From positions 11,594,001 through 11,658,000 of the forward strand of contig OX597814.1 in assembly GCA_951406725.2 (NCBI GenBank): a stretch of 64,000 nt of DNA, given 5' to 3'. The DNA comes from Octopus vulgaris (lineage: Eukaryota). Shown here piece by piece: positions 12,897 to 27,189 of this stretch. A model generated the notes under the pieces. The model searched no databases, was not told the DNA's origin, and was given only the letters and a program-made list of their open reading frames with translations. Positions within the stretch are counted from its first letter, which is position 1; each line of letters starts with the position of its first letter. The position numbers were made by a program, and so were the translations under genes.

Positions 12897-13699
12897 GCAT
12901 ACATATATACATGCTATTATGCCGTGGGTTTGAATATCTCATCGCCAATAATGTTATGACGATGTTGGAGTGTGCACAAGGGTGTAAGAATTGTATTACC
13001 CGAATGAATATTTGGATATGGTTATCTAGAAAAACCTTCCGCAGAATTAATATGTTCACACCGAACGTGCTCCGTACAAACACAGTAATTCAAAACGAAC
13101 GATCAACGCTGTCAACTGCTGACTGTCAACGGCCAGTTCTTTATTTTATTGAAATGCATTAGTCCACTTTTGGTCACGAGGGGTGGTCAGGATCCTTCCA
13201 CAACACATACATACATACATACATACATACATACATACATACATACATACATACATACATTTCAATGAAGGAGCCTTGAATCAAGGTTAGAAACCAGCTC
13301 TTTCTTTATTGGCAAGAAATCTTGAAATAAAACTGAACAATGACATAAATACATATGATGATTGCTTCATCTTCTCAGATAATATCCGTGTCCCATTCAG
13401 CCTGATTGTTCTGATTTACTTTCATTTCTGCATGTGAGCGGATATGACTTTTCTCGTCACGCATAGATAGCCATCGAACTTTATAAAATGCAAAATGGAT
13501 CATGAAATGATATGAAATAGTGAGACATCTCTACATTACCGGATTTAAGTGACAAAACCTTGTACAACGCTTTTGCCACTCTCTCGGTCGTCATAGTAGG
13601 TTCCATTGACAAGCATCGCAAGATGACTGGTACATACATACATACATACATACATACATGCAAACATACATATATACAAATATACTGTTATGCGTAATG

Positions 13700-14165
13700 C
13701 ATGTTTTTGTCGTCAGAAACCTTCAAGATAGATAACCTAATCAGTTTATCTTTGATCAAAAACCCGTATATTAGCTGTCACTTTGAAGGATATATTTTTG
13801 CAGTCCAAGAACAAGAAATAACAACAAAATATCTAATGCACAAAAGGGATAATCATAGAGGTAAAACACCTAGAAGTGACAACCGTTGCAGATCTGTTGA
13901 TTTAACATAGAAGATACCACGCATATCATAAGCATGTGTCCAATAATATTATCGCGACACTACCTGCCTATAAAACACGATGTCCTTACCAGAGCATTTT
14001 ATAATCCAATTCGTAGAAACGATAGTCCTAAAGCTAAATGTATTACAAGACACAATGATGTAGAAGACATACTGATTCATATTATGAGAGAATATTGGTG
14101 GAATGTTCTTGTCAAAGCATCAAGTTCGTCCATTGGAATGACGGGGACCGTCGAGTCATCTTGAG
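13700..14165 (+). mobile_element. R4-like LINE fragment (thumb to CCHC zinc knuckle region)
   Basis: FEGYIFAVQEQEITTKY...DNRCR...EDTTHIISMCP...YLPIKHD. Confidence 0.75.
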
Positions 14166-15021
14166 TAAAGGTAACTAATGACTTACTCTTTACTCTTTAC
14201 TCTCTTTTACTTGTTTCAATCATGTGACTGCGGTCATGCTGGAGCACCGCTTTTAGTCGAGCAAATCGACCCCAAGACTTATTCTTTATAAGCCTAGTAC
14301 ATATTCTATCGGTCTCTTTTGCCGAACCGCTAAGTGACGGGGACGTAAACACACCAGCATCGGTTGTCAAGCGATGTTGGGGGGACAAACACAGACACAA
14401 ACATATAGACACATATACATACAAATATACATATATACGACGGGCTTCTTTCAGTTTCCGTCTACCAAATCCACTCACAAGGCTTTGGTCGGCCTGATAC
14501 TATAGTAGAAGACACTTGCCCAAGGTGTCACGCAGTGGGACTGAACCCGGAACCATGTGGTTGGTAAGCAAGCTACTTACCACACAGTCACTCCTACGCC
14601 TTGTGCAATGATTTTATTTAAAATGAAGAGTTGCTCATTGTCGACCTCACTCTTTCTTCCGTAACCAAATTCAATCTGGTAGCAAGATCAAGAGAACTGG
14701 AGATGGAGACGGATGCTATGGATGACTAAGATGTTTTACTTGCCTCATCTTGCTCTCTGTACTCTACAATGTGTTGCTGCAACCACCTTCCCCTCTGGTG
14801 GACCACAAAAGATTTTCTTCGAAAAATCCACCTAATCCAGTTTTCACATGCATAGTTATGCATGCTCTAATATGCTAATTAAACTTGCTAGGGATCTGAC
14901 ACGTGATACTTCCCCAAGCTGGAGTAGGCCTGGGACCAATAGTGGATAAGAGGTGATTCCACACTCATCAAAACCCTAGAACTCCCGAACTAGGAGGACT
15001 CCACCACCCGTTGCAGTTTAA

Positions 15022-15242
15022 CCCTTTAGTATTTAATCCAGCCATATCTGGTCAAAATATTCTACCTGTTTTATCCTCAAACTGGTCAAATCTGGCCTTT
15101 CACACCTACCCTATTGCATCACTTTAAAATGAACAATTACATCATCAAAATCTCGAATCTATGAATCTAAAACGATGATCAATCTAAAACGATGTGAATA
15201 CATAAGTATTACATTTGATAGAGTAATCTGAATGCTAAATGG
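15022..15242. mobile_element. piggyBac-like MITE (second copy, inverted, at 51841-52060)
   Basis: TTAA|CCCTTTAGTATT...AATGCTAAATGG|TTAA; internal sequence shared with 51841-52060. Confidence 0.7.
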
Positions 15243-15757
15243 TTAAAGTCATTCACAGGAAAACGTGAGTAAATATACAACTGAACATAAAGATCTGGGA
15301 CAGAGAAAAGGTGATGAACAGAGACGTGGAAATTCCTTGCCCAATATATGTCACTATAATATTGGAGATCAGTGAAAAAGTAAGCAATGAAAAATCTGCA
15401 GCTTCTCTACCCGAGATATAGTATTAGAGTTGATTATTGGAGCACTTGGATGTGTGACCGACTGACACACCTACAGACATAGAAACCTATGTATATGTAC
15501 ATGTGGCCGTAGCCAGTACCGCCTGACTGGCCCTCGTGCCGGTGGCATGTAAAAGGAGCCACTACCCTCTCGGAGTGGTTGGCGTTAGGAAGGGCATCCA
15601 GCTGTAGAAACTCTGCCAAATCAAGATTGGAGCCTGCTGCAGCCATCTGGTTCGCCAGACCTCAGTCAATTCGTACAACCCTTGGTAGCATGGAAAGCGG
15701 ACGTTAAACGATGATGATGATGATGATGATGATGACGACGACGACGACGACGACGAC

Positions 15758-15812
<55 letters not shown>

Positions 15813-15899
15813 CATAGTGGCTGCTTTCTCGTATACGTGCAAAGCCATTGTTAGAAAGAATGATTGAAGTGAGTCATTGATAATGTAATGTGAGGCCCC

Positions 15900-16170
15900 T
15901 TATATGACTCTTGAGCCCTGTCAAAGATTTGTACACTCTATTACATAATGCACAGTTGTGCTGGTTGGCAACGGGAACAGGTGCCCACAGCATGAACTCT
16001 TTTGACATACCTTTTCAATCCTCCGACTGAGAGGCACACCTTTCCACATATTGCACATGTTCTGTTGTGAACAATAGCCGTATCACAATATACAAGGGAT
16101 TGATTTCTGCCACCTCTCAGATGGCTGACCAGGTCTGCATGACTCAAGCATTTTCTCCTACAAATCACAC
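15900..16170 (-). mobile_element. RTE-type LINE C-terminal zinc-finger fragment
   Basis: CRRKCLSHADLVSHLR and CAICGKVCLSVGGLKRYVKRVH, C2H2-like repeats typical of RTE ORF ends; no splice context. Confidence 0.5.
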
Positions 16171-16248
16171 ACGTAAAAACAACACTCCTTCATTTTCTAT
16201 TGGTTTATACATAAGTAGGTACGTGTGTGTAAGTGTGTCTGTGTAAGT

Positions 16249-16305
<57 letters not shown>

Positions 16306-16496
16306 AGTGTGTGTGTGTGTGAGTTGACAACCAGTGTTTTTGTGCTTAGCGGATCGACAAAAGCGACCGATCGAGTAAGTACAAGGCTTAAAGAAAAATA
16401 AGTACTAGAGTCGATCCGTTCGATTAAGTTTCCTCAAGGCCGTACTCCCGCATGGCTGCAGTCTAATGACTGAACAAGTAGAAGAATAAAAGAATA

Positions 16497-16550
<54 letters not shown>

Positions 16551-16679
16551 CGTGTAAAAGTCAAAATATAGAAAACCATTCAGGCAGTGTGTGTATGCAC
16601 AGATACATCTGTGTGCGGAAACAAGAATACATATATGCATTAATGCATGCATACAAAATATGCACACACGGTACGTACA

Positions 16680-16715
16680 TGTATATATGTATATATATAT
16701 GTATGTATATGTATG

Positions 16716-16788
<73 letters not shown>

Positions 16789-16939
16789 GTACGGACATAC
16801 ATATACATAACTATCTAGATGTCTAAATTGTAATAAAGGAGCTTGGTTTCTGAATCAGAAACTAGATGGGAAAATACAGAACATACATATATATATACAT
16901 ACATACATACATACATACATTCGTACGTCCGTACATACA

Positions 16940-16970
<31 letters not shown>

Positions 16971-17079
16971 GTACGTACGTACGTACATACATACATGCAT
17001 ACATACATACATACATACATACATATGTACGTACGTACATACATACATACATACATACATACATACATACATACATACA

Positions 17080-17110
<31 letters not shown>

Positions 17111-17196
17111 GTACGTACGTACATACATACATACATACATACATACATACATACATACATACATACATACATACATACATACATACATACATACAT
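16680..17196. repeat. (TA)n and (TACA)n microsatellite with periodic ATGTACGTACG interruptions
   Basis: Direct reading. Confidence 0.95.
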
Positions 17197-17197
17197 A

Positions 17198-18770
17198 ATG
17201 GCGCCGTCATCATCGGACGTGCAGGTGTAGAAGACCATTTTAAAAGTCCGTTTTGAACGGTTTCCTCTAGAAATATGCCGACTTTTCCAGCCTAAATCGG
17301 TAACTGGTTTATTTTTCCAATAATCATAAAGAGAAACACATTTTACTCGCCATCGTAATCCTATCCTGAACAGATTTTAAAATATACATCTACACCAGGT
17401 AGAATCTCACTAACACGATTATGGCTGAAACTAACAACGTCACCAACCGATGAAAACAGAGCTAAGTCACCAGTAAGTTATTTAAGAAGACCTAAGTACT
17501 CTTCTCATTTTACTTGGACTCAACAACTAAACCAAGATTTACTTCGGTGCTATGACTATAAGAAGGCATTCGACTCTATCCCTTATTCAATGCTGTTGAA
17601 GTGCCGACATCTGGCAAAGGTACCTATTACTTTAATTGCTTCTATAGGGAGACTCACGAAGACATGGAGAACTATTCTTACCCTTACAGCTGAGAACAGA
17701 ATAATTGTTTCTAATAGTATAAGCATTACAAAGGGAATATTCCAGGGAGATAGTCTTTCTGTACTTTTGGCACTGAATCCATTATCGTTCGTACTGTAGA
17801 AAACAAATGGTTACATGCTAGGATATTCAACTGCCAGAAATATCAATGTAACTCGTAATTTCTTTGTAGACAACCTGAAGATTTATGCTAAAATGTTAAC
17901 AATGCCAAAAAACAACTGGAATTAATAACATTTTCAGCTGATGTAGGTATGGAATCTGGCCAGAAGAAATGTTCATATTTGATTATAGAACAAGGAAAGT
18001 CAGTCCCCCAAACCCCAAACTTGTGCATCAACGGTCTCTCTATCTCCCCCATTCCATACAAAGAATGTTACAAGTAACTAGGCATAGACGAAAATGTATC
18101 ATATGAAGGCACTGTGAATAAAAATAGAGTGACCCGAGAATATTACACCAGACTTAAGAAAATACGGCAGTCGGAACTCTCCTCTTAAAACAATATCCCA
18201 CAATGCATTTGCAGTACCAGTGCTGATCCCAACATTTGGAATACTTAGAAAATCCCTCTGTTATGGAATACATTCATAAACACCAATTCAAGGAATATTG
18301 ATAGAATATTCCCATCAAAACTTCTGTCAAATGTAAGCATAACAGTCCGGATAGAGAGAGGGGAAAAAGGTCTGTACCATCATAGAGGTTAGCTGCCCTG
18401 CAGATATAAATATCCCTTTGAGAATCAAAGAAAAAGAAGATATCTATGGACAACTGCTTCCAAACCTCCAGCTTCTGTATCCACACAATGAATTCCTATT
18501 CATATCAATTGGAGCACTAGGTTTTGCTATTAAATGCTTAAAGGGGAATCTGGATAAACTGGGATTTTCAGAAAGAGAAATTGACCGGCTGATTCGTACG
18601 TTACAAGACCAATCTGTGAGTGGAACAGTAAAAATATGCAAGACTTTTCTCAAGTTCCAAATGTGAATTTTTCTGTGTTAACTACATCCCAAAGATGGAG
18701 CCTTGTATCTTTGTTGGAAACCGGCTCCCTCCTCAGTGGAAAATTTATAATAATTAAAAAAATAGAAGAG
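17198..18770 (+). mobile_element. Internally deleted RLE-type non-LTR retrotransposon (R4/Dong-like) between TACA repeats
   Basis: RT motifs DYKKAFDSIP, GIFQGDSLS, FFVDNLKIYA, YK*LG; C-terminus ISIGALG...GTVKICKTFLKF; flanked by (TACA)n. Confidence 0.8.
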
Positions 18771-19257
18771 ACATACATACATAGATACATACACACATAC
18801 GTACTTGAATACCCCGTTGGTATTATCTAAATTCCAGTGAAGCACCTCTCTGGATTTGAAACCGGCTCGTTCTCATTGACGAGAAGTTCGAAAAATAAAT
18901 TTTAAAAACTATAGATACATACACACACGAATACATACAAGCACACGTGCATACGTACATATTCTGATGCACAAAGATATATAGAGCTTCATGCACACAT
19001 GTATACATACATACATATATACATATACACACACATATATATATTGCATATACATATACGCACTCCCAGAGACGCTTCTCGTTTCTCATTTTTACGTTTG
19101 TAGCAAACGTTTTATCGTCGGTTTGCTTATGTTGCTTGTGCATGTGTGCGCATGCGCATGCGTGTGTATGTGAATGTGCATATGTTCGTTTGTGTGTTTG
19201 TGCATGTGTGAGAGCGCCTGTGTGTGAGTGCATGTGTGTAGTCTGGTGAGTATATGC

Positions 19258-19288
<31 letters not shown>

Positions 19289-20291
19289 AAGGGTAAGCCA
19301 ATAAATGGACAATTTCGAACAGCGAATATACGAACAAAACCAACATCAGCCACTACTACCACCACCACCACCACCACTACCACCACCACCACCACTATCT
19401 CTACCATCATCATCATCATCAGTAGCAGCAGCAGCAGCAGCAGTAGCAGCAGCAGCAGCACAAATTTCGCGATAACGGTCACTGTTTTGTCTCTTCCTTC
19501 AGTGCTTATCTCTATTTGTATTACCTGTAAAATCAACATAAATATTATCTGGAAAGTGCTTAGTTTTGGTTATTTCTTTTGTTTGACAGATTTACCATTA
19601 TCTGTATGGTGCATGTAATTCTAAACAATATTTTTCACAGAAACATTCATTAAAAATTTGAACCGGTCAGTTGTAGTTATATTTGGCTTATCTCCTTTAT
19701 TCTTCCGTCTGTTGGCGCGAAATCTTACAAATTAGAAGCAAGCGAATCGAAAAGTTTCGGCTCTTTGTAAAAAGCCATAAGTCAAGAAAATGGCTCTGTA
19801 GAAAATCCTTGAATGCAATAAGGAATTGCAACACCGCTGTCCTATCCAAATTCCGATCTGATATACGAGTGAAATGCTTGCCAAAATTTGTAAATCGAGA
19901 CGTAAGCTAACAAACAGAACAGCGCAAAAGAGCAAAGAACAGAAGCGATGGAGAGTAGTGGTAAAAAGGCAATGCGTATGGTTATGTGTGTGTGCCTGTT
20001 CTGTATGTATGTATGTATGTATGTATGTATGTATGTATGTGTTTGTGTGTGTGTGTGAGACAACGGGAGAGAAAGAAGAGAATAGAGTGACAGAGAAGGA
20101 GAGAGACAAAGAAAAGGAAAATAGAGAGAGAAAGATAAGGAAAAAGGAAAGAGGGAGAAAGGAACTACATAAATGGATCCCAGAAAAAAGAGGAAACGAA
20201 AGAGGCGTATAAAGATAAATGGCTGGACGGGGAAACGGGAAGAGAAGTAGTGAAAGATATATATACGTATATACATACATGTATATATATG

Positions 20292-20369
<78 letters not shown>

Positions 20370-20384
20370 CATATATATATATAC

Positions 20385-20429
<45 letters not shown>

Positions 20430-21094
20430 CATATATATATATTCATATATATTTATATATATACATATATCTATGAATATATATATGCATACATACATAC
20501 ATATATACATACATATACATACACACATATATATATACATACATATACACACATATGTATATAAGATAGGTATTTAGATATATATATATGTATATATATA
20601 TAACGAATATATATATACACATATATTTGTGTGCGTGTGTGTATACTCGCACGAATAGTCACACGCATACAGACATACACACATACACACACATAAACGT
20701 AAACACACACACAGACACATTTAGGGAAGTGTGGAATGAGAAAGGGTTAGGGTTAGCGAGATAAAGATTAGAAATGGCGCGTCTGAACGGCGAGAGATTT
20801 TTGACCTAACATGGATAGATTTGAGCCTAACTCCTTACGTTCCAGAACCTTGTTTTTCCCATTCTTTCTCCGATCAACCACACACACACACACACATATA
20901 TACAGTAACTACAACTACAAAAACAATACGAAGAATAGCAACACCTCCACCATAACACTGTTAGGTGATTAGTCAACTCGACGATGCTTATCCGCTTCGA
21001 GATGATAGATAGAATTTATGGCCGACCATCACATCGTCGAATGAAACGAGGAAAAGACAGAGTACATAAAAAGAAGTACAACATTCTTTCCTTG

Positions 21095-21142
21095 TCTCTC
21101 TCTCTACCACTCTGTTTCTCTCTCTCTCTTTCCCTCTCTCTC

Positions 21143-21185
<43 letters not shown>

Positions 21186-21384
21186 CACTCTCTCTCTCTC
21201 TCTCTACCACTCTGTTTCTTTCTTTCTCTACCACTCTCTCTCTCTCTCTCTCTCTACCACTCTGTTTCTCTCTTTCTCTACCACTCTCTCTCTCTCTCTC
21301 TACCACTCTGTTTCTCTCTTTCTCTACTCTCTCTCTCTCTCTCTACCACTCTGTTTCTCTCTCTCTCTCTCTCTCTCTCTACCA

Positions 21385-21418
<34 letters not shown>

Positions 21419-21425
21419 ACCACTC

Positions 21426-21474
<49 letters not shown>

Positions 21475-21510
21475 CACTCTCTCTCTCTCTCTCTACCACT
21501 CTCTCTCTCT
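21095..21510. repeat. (CT)n microsatellite with a recurring CTACCACTCT(GTTT) higher-order unit
   Basis: Direct reading. Confidence 0.95.
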
Positions 21511-21899
21511 TTCTCATTTGGACTTCCGTAGGAAAACTTCAAACGCATCATACACACATATTCAATTACATGTACATATTTTCCTGTACACACACGCACA
21601 ATATCAGTGTATGTTTTTGCATACAAGTATTTCAATATGCTTATAGTTGGTGGGGGCGGGGTACTGTAAAGGATTTCGGCCCAGGCCCGGCGCTCAACAG
21701 CATATGCAAAACTAGTGGTAACAGACAGTATCTTCAGCACTACAGTGGATAGTTACATCTAAACTTTCGTATTTAGTACTTACCTACGAAAACGCATAAA
21801 ACACATCCATTTGCGAAACGACTCAACGGTCAGTCGATGCTGTATATCTAAGTGAATTATATGAGTTTATATAGAATAGATGGATAGGTGGATATATAT

Positions 21900-22413
21900 A
21901 GCATAATTAAATCTCAGAATGAGATTGAAACAGTAATCGCTCGATAATGTAAAGTATAGAAGCCATCTTATCATGGCTAACCACATTGAGGAGGGGGTGT
22001 TACTGTAGCTTTATAGCCCCAAGAGATCTTCGTCTCAAGCTGGCTTTAGACACAATATCAGTGTCCTTGGAGTATTTGCAAAGGGAGGCCATCCCTTCCT
22101 CGCAAACCTGAGTGATACGCTCGAACAACTTTCGGGATTGTTGTCCCTCGTCAACGGGCGGTAACCACCAGGTTCACTTTCATCGCTACCTGGTGGTTAC
22201 CGCCCGTTGACGAGGGACAACAATCCCGAAACTAGTTCGAGCGTATCACTCAGGCTTGCGAGGAAGGGATGGCCTCCCTTTGCAAATACTCCAAGGACAC
22301 TGATATTGTGTCTAAAGCCAGCTTGAGACGAAGATCTCTTGGGGCTATAAAGCTACAGTAACACCCCCTCCCCAATGTGGTTAGCCATGATAAGATGGCT
22401 TCTATACTTTACA
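21900..22413. mobile_element. Fold-back (palindromic) element, probably Penelope-like pLTR derived
   Basis: Inverted arms 21948-22173 and 22188-22413 (226 bp, about 4 mismatches), 14-nt spacer, ~50-nt unpaired leader, flanked by (TA)n. Confidence 0.75.
22201..22243 (+). ncRNA. Hammerhead-like motif (U3 variant) in the right arm of a palindromic insert; mirror copy at 22118-22160 (-)
   Basis: CGCCCG-TTGACGA-GGGA caacaa TCCC-GAAA-CTAG-TT-CGAGCG; stem III palindrome AACTAGTT. Confidence 0.6.
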
Positions 22414-22472
<59 letters not shown>

Positions 22473-22733
22473 AATATATAGATATATGTATGTGTGTGTA
22501 TATATATGTGTGTATGTATATATATACATATATATATACATATATATATGTGTTTGTGTGTATGTGTGTGTGTGTGTGTGTGTGGTAAGTAGCTTGCTTA
22601 CCAACCACATGGTTCCGGGTTCAGTCCCACTGTGCCACCTTGAGCAAGTGTCTTCTACTATAGCCTCGGGCCGACCAAAGCCTTGTGAGTGGATTTGGTA
22701 GACGGAAACTGAAAGAAGCCCGTCGTCTATATA

Positions 22734-22767
<34 letters not shown>

Positions 22768-23000
22768 TGTGTGTATGTTTGTGTGTCTATGTTTGTCTCC
22801 CCACCATTGCTTGACAACCGATGCTGGTGTGTTTACGTCCCCGTGACCTAGCGGTTCGGCGAAAGTAACCGATAGAATAAGTACTAGGATTACAAAGAAT
22901 AAGTCCTGGGGTCGATTTGCTCGACTAAAAGCAGTGCTCCAGCGTGGCCACAGTCAAATGACTGAAATAAGTAAAGAGTAAAAGAGTATATATATATATT

Positions 23001-23085
<85 letters not shown>

Positions 23086-23131
23086 TGGCTGATGAGTAGA
23101 CAGACAGACAGACAGACAGACAGATAGATTG

Positions 23132-23162
<31 letters not shown>

Positions 23163-23342
23163 TGTATGTGCGTATGTATGTATATTCAGCAGCCAGCAGT
23201 ATATGTGTATTTATACTGGCTGATGAACCACTACTGGCGAAACGTCGAAGGCTGTCACTATGCAGCATGCATGCTTAATTATAATATATATTCGCACGCG
23301 CGCGCTTACACACACGCTCACACACATACGCACACGCTCACG

Positions 23343-23374
<32 letters not shown>

Positions 23375-23479
23375 TACAAGCACGCTCATACACGTGTGTA
23401 AACGTGTGCATATATATATAAATTCTATACTCACATATACGCATATAGATATAAAGAGGGGGAGATTATAGTCTATATG

Positions 23480-23884
<405 letters not shown>

Positions 23885-26800
23885 AAAGTATTGTTAGTCA
23901 ACAGTTATTCAAGACCGTTGTATTGTAATCTTTTTGTATGTTAGTGGGAACAATAAGCGCCTGGCCTTTTTACTTCGATATCCCTCTTCCTCTTGTTTAG
24001 AAGTTCATTTCCAGCCATCCAGAAAGGTTAGGTCGAACATGATACACTCTCGTCTGCATATTTCACTACTTAATGGTCGGCAAACCCCGAACCCTTATTT
24101 TTCTTCTTGTCTTGTTCTTGTACTCTAGAGATAAAATGAGGTCCTCTATCTAGTCGCTCAGTCTGTTAGAAATAGCAGCCAAATCTTTCTAAATCACATA
24201 CCCTGCTGCTTTTAGAAAAGGGATGGCTACGTTACACCAAGTAGTCCTGGATGTCTCTGAATAGACTGGTTGATCACGGCTGGAGTGTCGTTTATCATGG
24301 AGCTACTCGATCAGGATGGACCTCGGTTTATTTAAACTACAACAATGACAACAACCAACTCGATTGTGAATCGGCGAGATAGCTATTACGCAGTAGTTCG
24401 ATCCGCCGAAGATTGTAGCCACATCTCCCTCAGATCACACATTACTGTTGCAAAAAAACAATACAGTGGATAATTTAGTCCGAGATACACTTTGCCTGAA
24501 AAATCAATCGGTGGAATGGCCCCAACTAGAGTGCCTTCGAGATCACCAATGTCACGAGGGTACTTGGTCAACATTGTTGTTGGGTTGCAGTGTTGGATGT
24601 GTATGGTATTGCTGAAGACCATCGTCATGTGGCCAAACTGGCTGCGTGCATAATAACGAGGCAAGCTCATAAAATTTTTATTTTTAATATATTTATTGCT
24701 GGACATGATTTGCAGCGTTGACTGTTTACAAAAGAAAGATGTTGACAATATGATGTCAACTAGAAGGAGAGAACCGTGCTGTCTCTTGTTAGCTAAGGTA
24801 CGTCATATGTGTCCGAAATCGTTTCTTACTCGAACTGGTCTGGTCTTAGCGGTCTGCCTTCCGTGAGTGCCCAAGGTGGTCTACGCGAAATTCCGAAGCC
24901 GTCTTGCTGATTCAGGCGCCAAACGGTTTTTATAGGAGGAAAAGGGAGGGGCGAATTTTAGATCATCCAAGAAGTCATATCACGTTTTACAGCTTCACGC
25001 TGATTGGCTGATTTATAGATCAATCGCGTGAAACTGTGGTGGCTCACTCGTGATCCCTAACTGTATATCTTGCGGCTGGGATTCGAATCCCTAACTCTAC
25101 TTAATTAGAGCTGACATGGATCTAAACATCAAAAATAAAAACAACTTATATTCTATGTTGGGTCGCCACAAAGAGCAACCAAATGTCTGTCAAATCATAC
25201 GCAACTGTCTTTAAAAAGGATAATCACATTGGATGATGTATTCCTAGATAAACGATGTCTGCAAGAAAGGGAGAATCATCTGAAAATAAAAGACTCTTTT
25301 TAATCATGATTTCTAATTGTGGCACATGGGCTACAGTTTTGAGTTGAGGGGTTAGTCGATTAATATATTGAGTGCCAAGGGGAAATGTGTAAATCTGTCA
25401 TATGTGCCAGACGTGGTTTTTTCTCAAATTCGTATAGTATTTCAATTGTATACAATAGCTGTATGCAGTTCATTTTTCGATGAGAAAACATGTATACAAT
25501 GTACGTTTGTAAAGTGCTGCGTATACCTATATTGTATATATGGCGTTCAATGTGCTAAATCGACGTCAATTCTTAGCTGGTACTTTATTTTATCTACCCC
25601 AACAGGATAAAAGTTAACGTTAACCTCGTTTGAATTTGAACTCATAACGCGAAGTGGGAAGAAATACTCGAAGTATTTTTTCCGAAGCCCCAACAATTCT
25701 GTCAACTCAGTTCTTTCAAAACAATCTGTTGAGTCCAGCAATTTTCAGTGGAGGAGTTAGTCAATTACACCGATTTCAGTACTTTATAAGTAATTTATTT
25801 TATCTCCTTCGGAAGGATGAAAGGTAAAGTCGACTCCAGCGAGATTTGAACTCTAAACAAAAACAGCTCGAAGAAATACAACACATTATATCACAGCCTT
25901 CACAACAGACTATTAATAATACTTTCTGTTAAGGCGGCGAGTTGGCAGAATCATTAGCATGCCGGGCGAAATGCTTAGCAGTATTTCTTCTACCGCTACG
26001 TTCAGAGTTCAAATTCCGCCGAGGTCGACTTTGCCTTTCATCCTTTCGGGGTCGATTAAATAAGTACCAGTTACGCACTGGGTCGATGTAATCGACTTAA
26101 TCCATTTGTCTGTTCTTGTTTGTCCTCTCTGTGTTTAGCCCCTTGTGGGTAGTAAAGAAATAGGTATTTCGTCCGTCCTTACGCTTTGAGTTCAAATTCT
26201 GCTGAGGTCAACTTTGCCATTCATCCTTCAAGGATCGATAAAATAAGCACCAGTTGACTACTGGGATCAATGAAATTGACTTATTCCTTCCCTCGAAATT
26301 GCTGGCCTTGTGCCAAAATATGAGACCAATAATTCTTTCTACCATAGGCATAAGGCACGAAATGCTGTGGTAAGAGATAACCGATTACATCAACTCCAGT
26401 ACATGACTGGTACTTATTTTATCGACCCCGAAAGAATGAGAGGCAAAGTCGACCTAGGTGGAATATGAACTCAGAACGTAAAGCCGGATGAAATGCCGCT
26501 AACGATTCTACCAGCTCGCCGCCTACAACCAGTTATAAATTTAATTGGTCCTGAATACATTATCTTACGGAGATCTGTAATTTTCAGTGACATTTAGTTT
26601 AACGCCCTGCCATTGGACTGGCTCTTATATGTATGTATATATTTTAGTTTTAGGCTATTGACAAACAATTATAACACTATTGCAAGAAAATCTTCTATGT
26701 CAAAATCCATCGCGTATTATCTGAAAATCCGCAGCATACGCATTCCATAGATTCGGCATCATTGCCCTATAAAAGATACCTCAATAAGGACTCTATACAT

Positions 26801-27189
26801 AAATAAAAAATCATTTTGGATATCTCACTGACACACCCTGTACATCTGGATTACACTGAATTTAATTCATAACGTAAGTACCGGTCTGTTACATGTGGCT
26901 AGTAGTCCGGAGCATATAATTAAATTTATTATTCCCGCTCTTAGTTTTAAATTGTTCAATGTCGAAAGGCAGCAAACTGGCAGACACGTTTTTACGTTCT
27001 AAGTTCAATTTCTGCTGAGATCCACTTTCCCTTTCATCCTTTCGGAGTCGATAAAATAAGAACCAGTCAAATACTGGGATCGATTACATCGACTTCGCCC
27101 TCTCCAAAAAATCTGCTAGCCATGTGCCAAAATTTGATAAGTACAATGTCGAGAATCAATTATCGTTTTTTTTTTTAAGTAAAAATATA

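Noticed and set aside
20743-20756. Telomere-like GGGTTAGGGTTAG
   Set aside because: Only two units; expected by chance.
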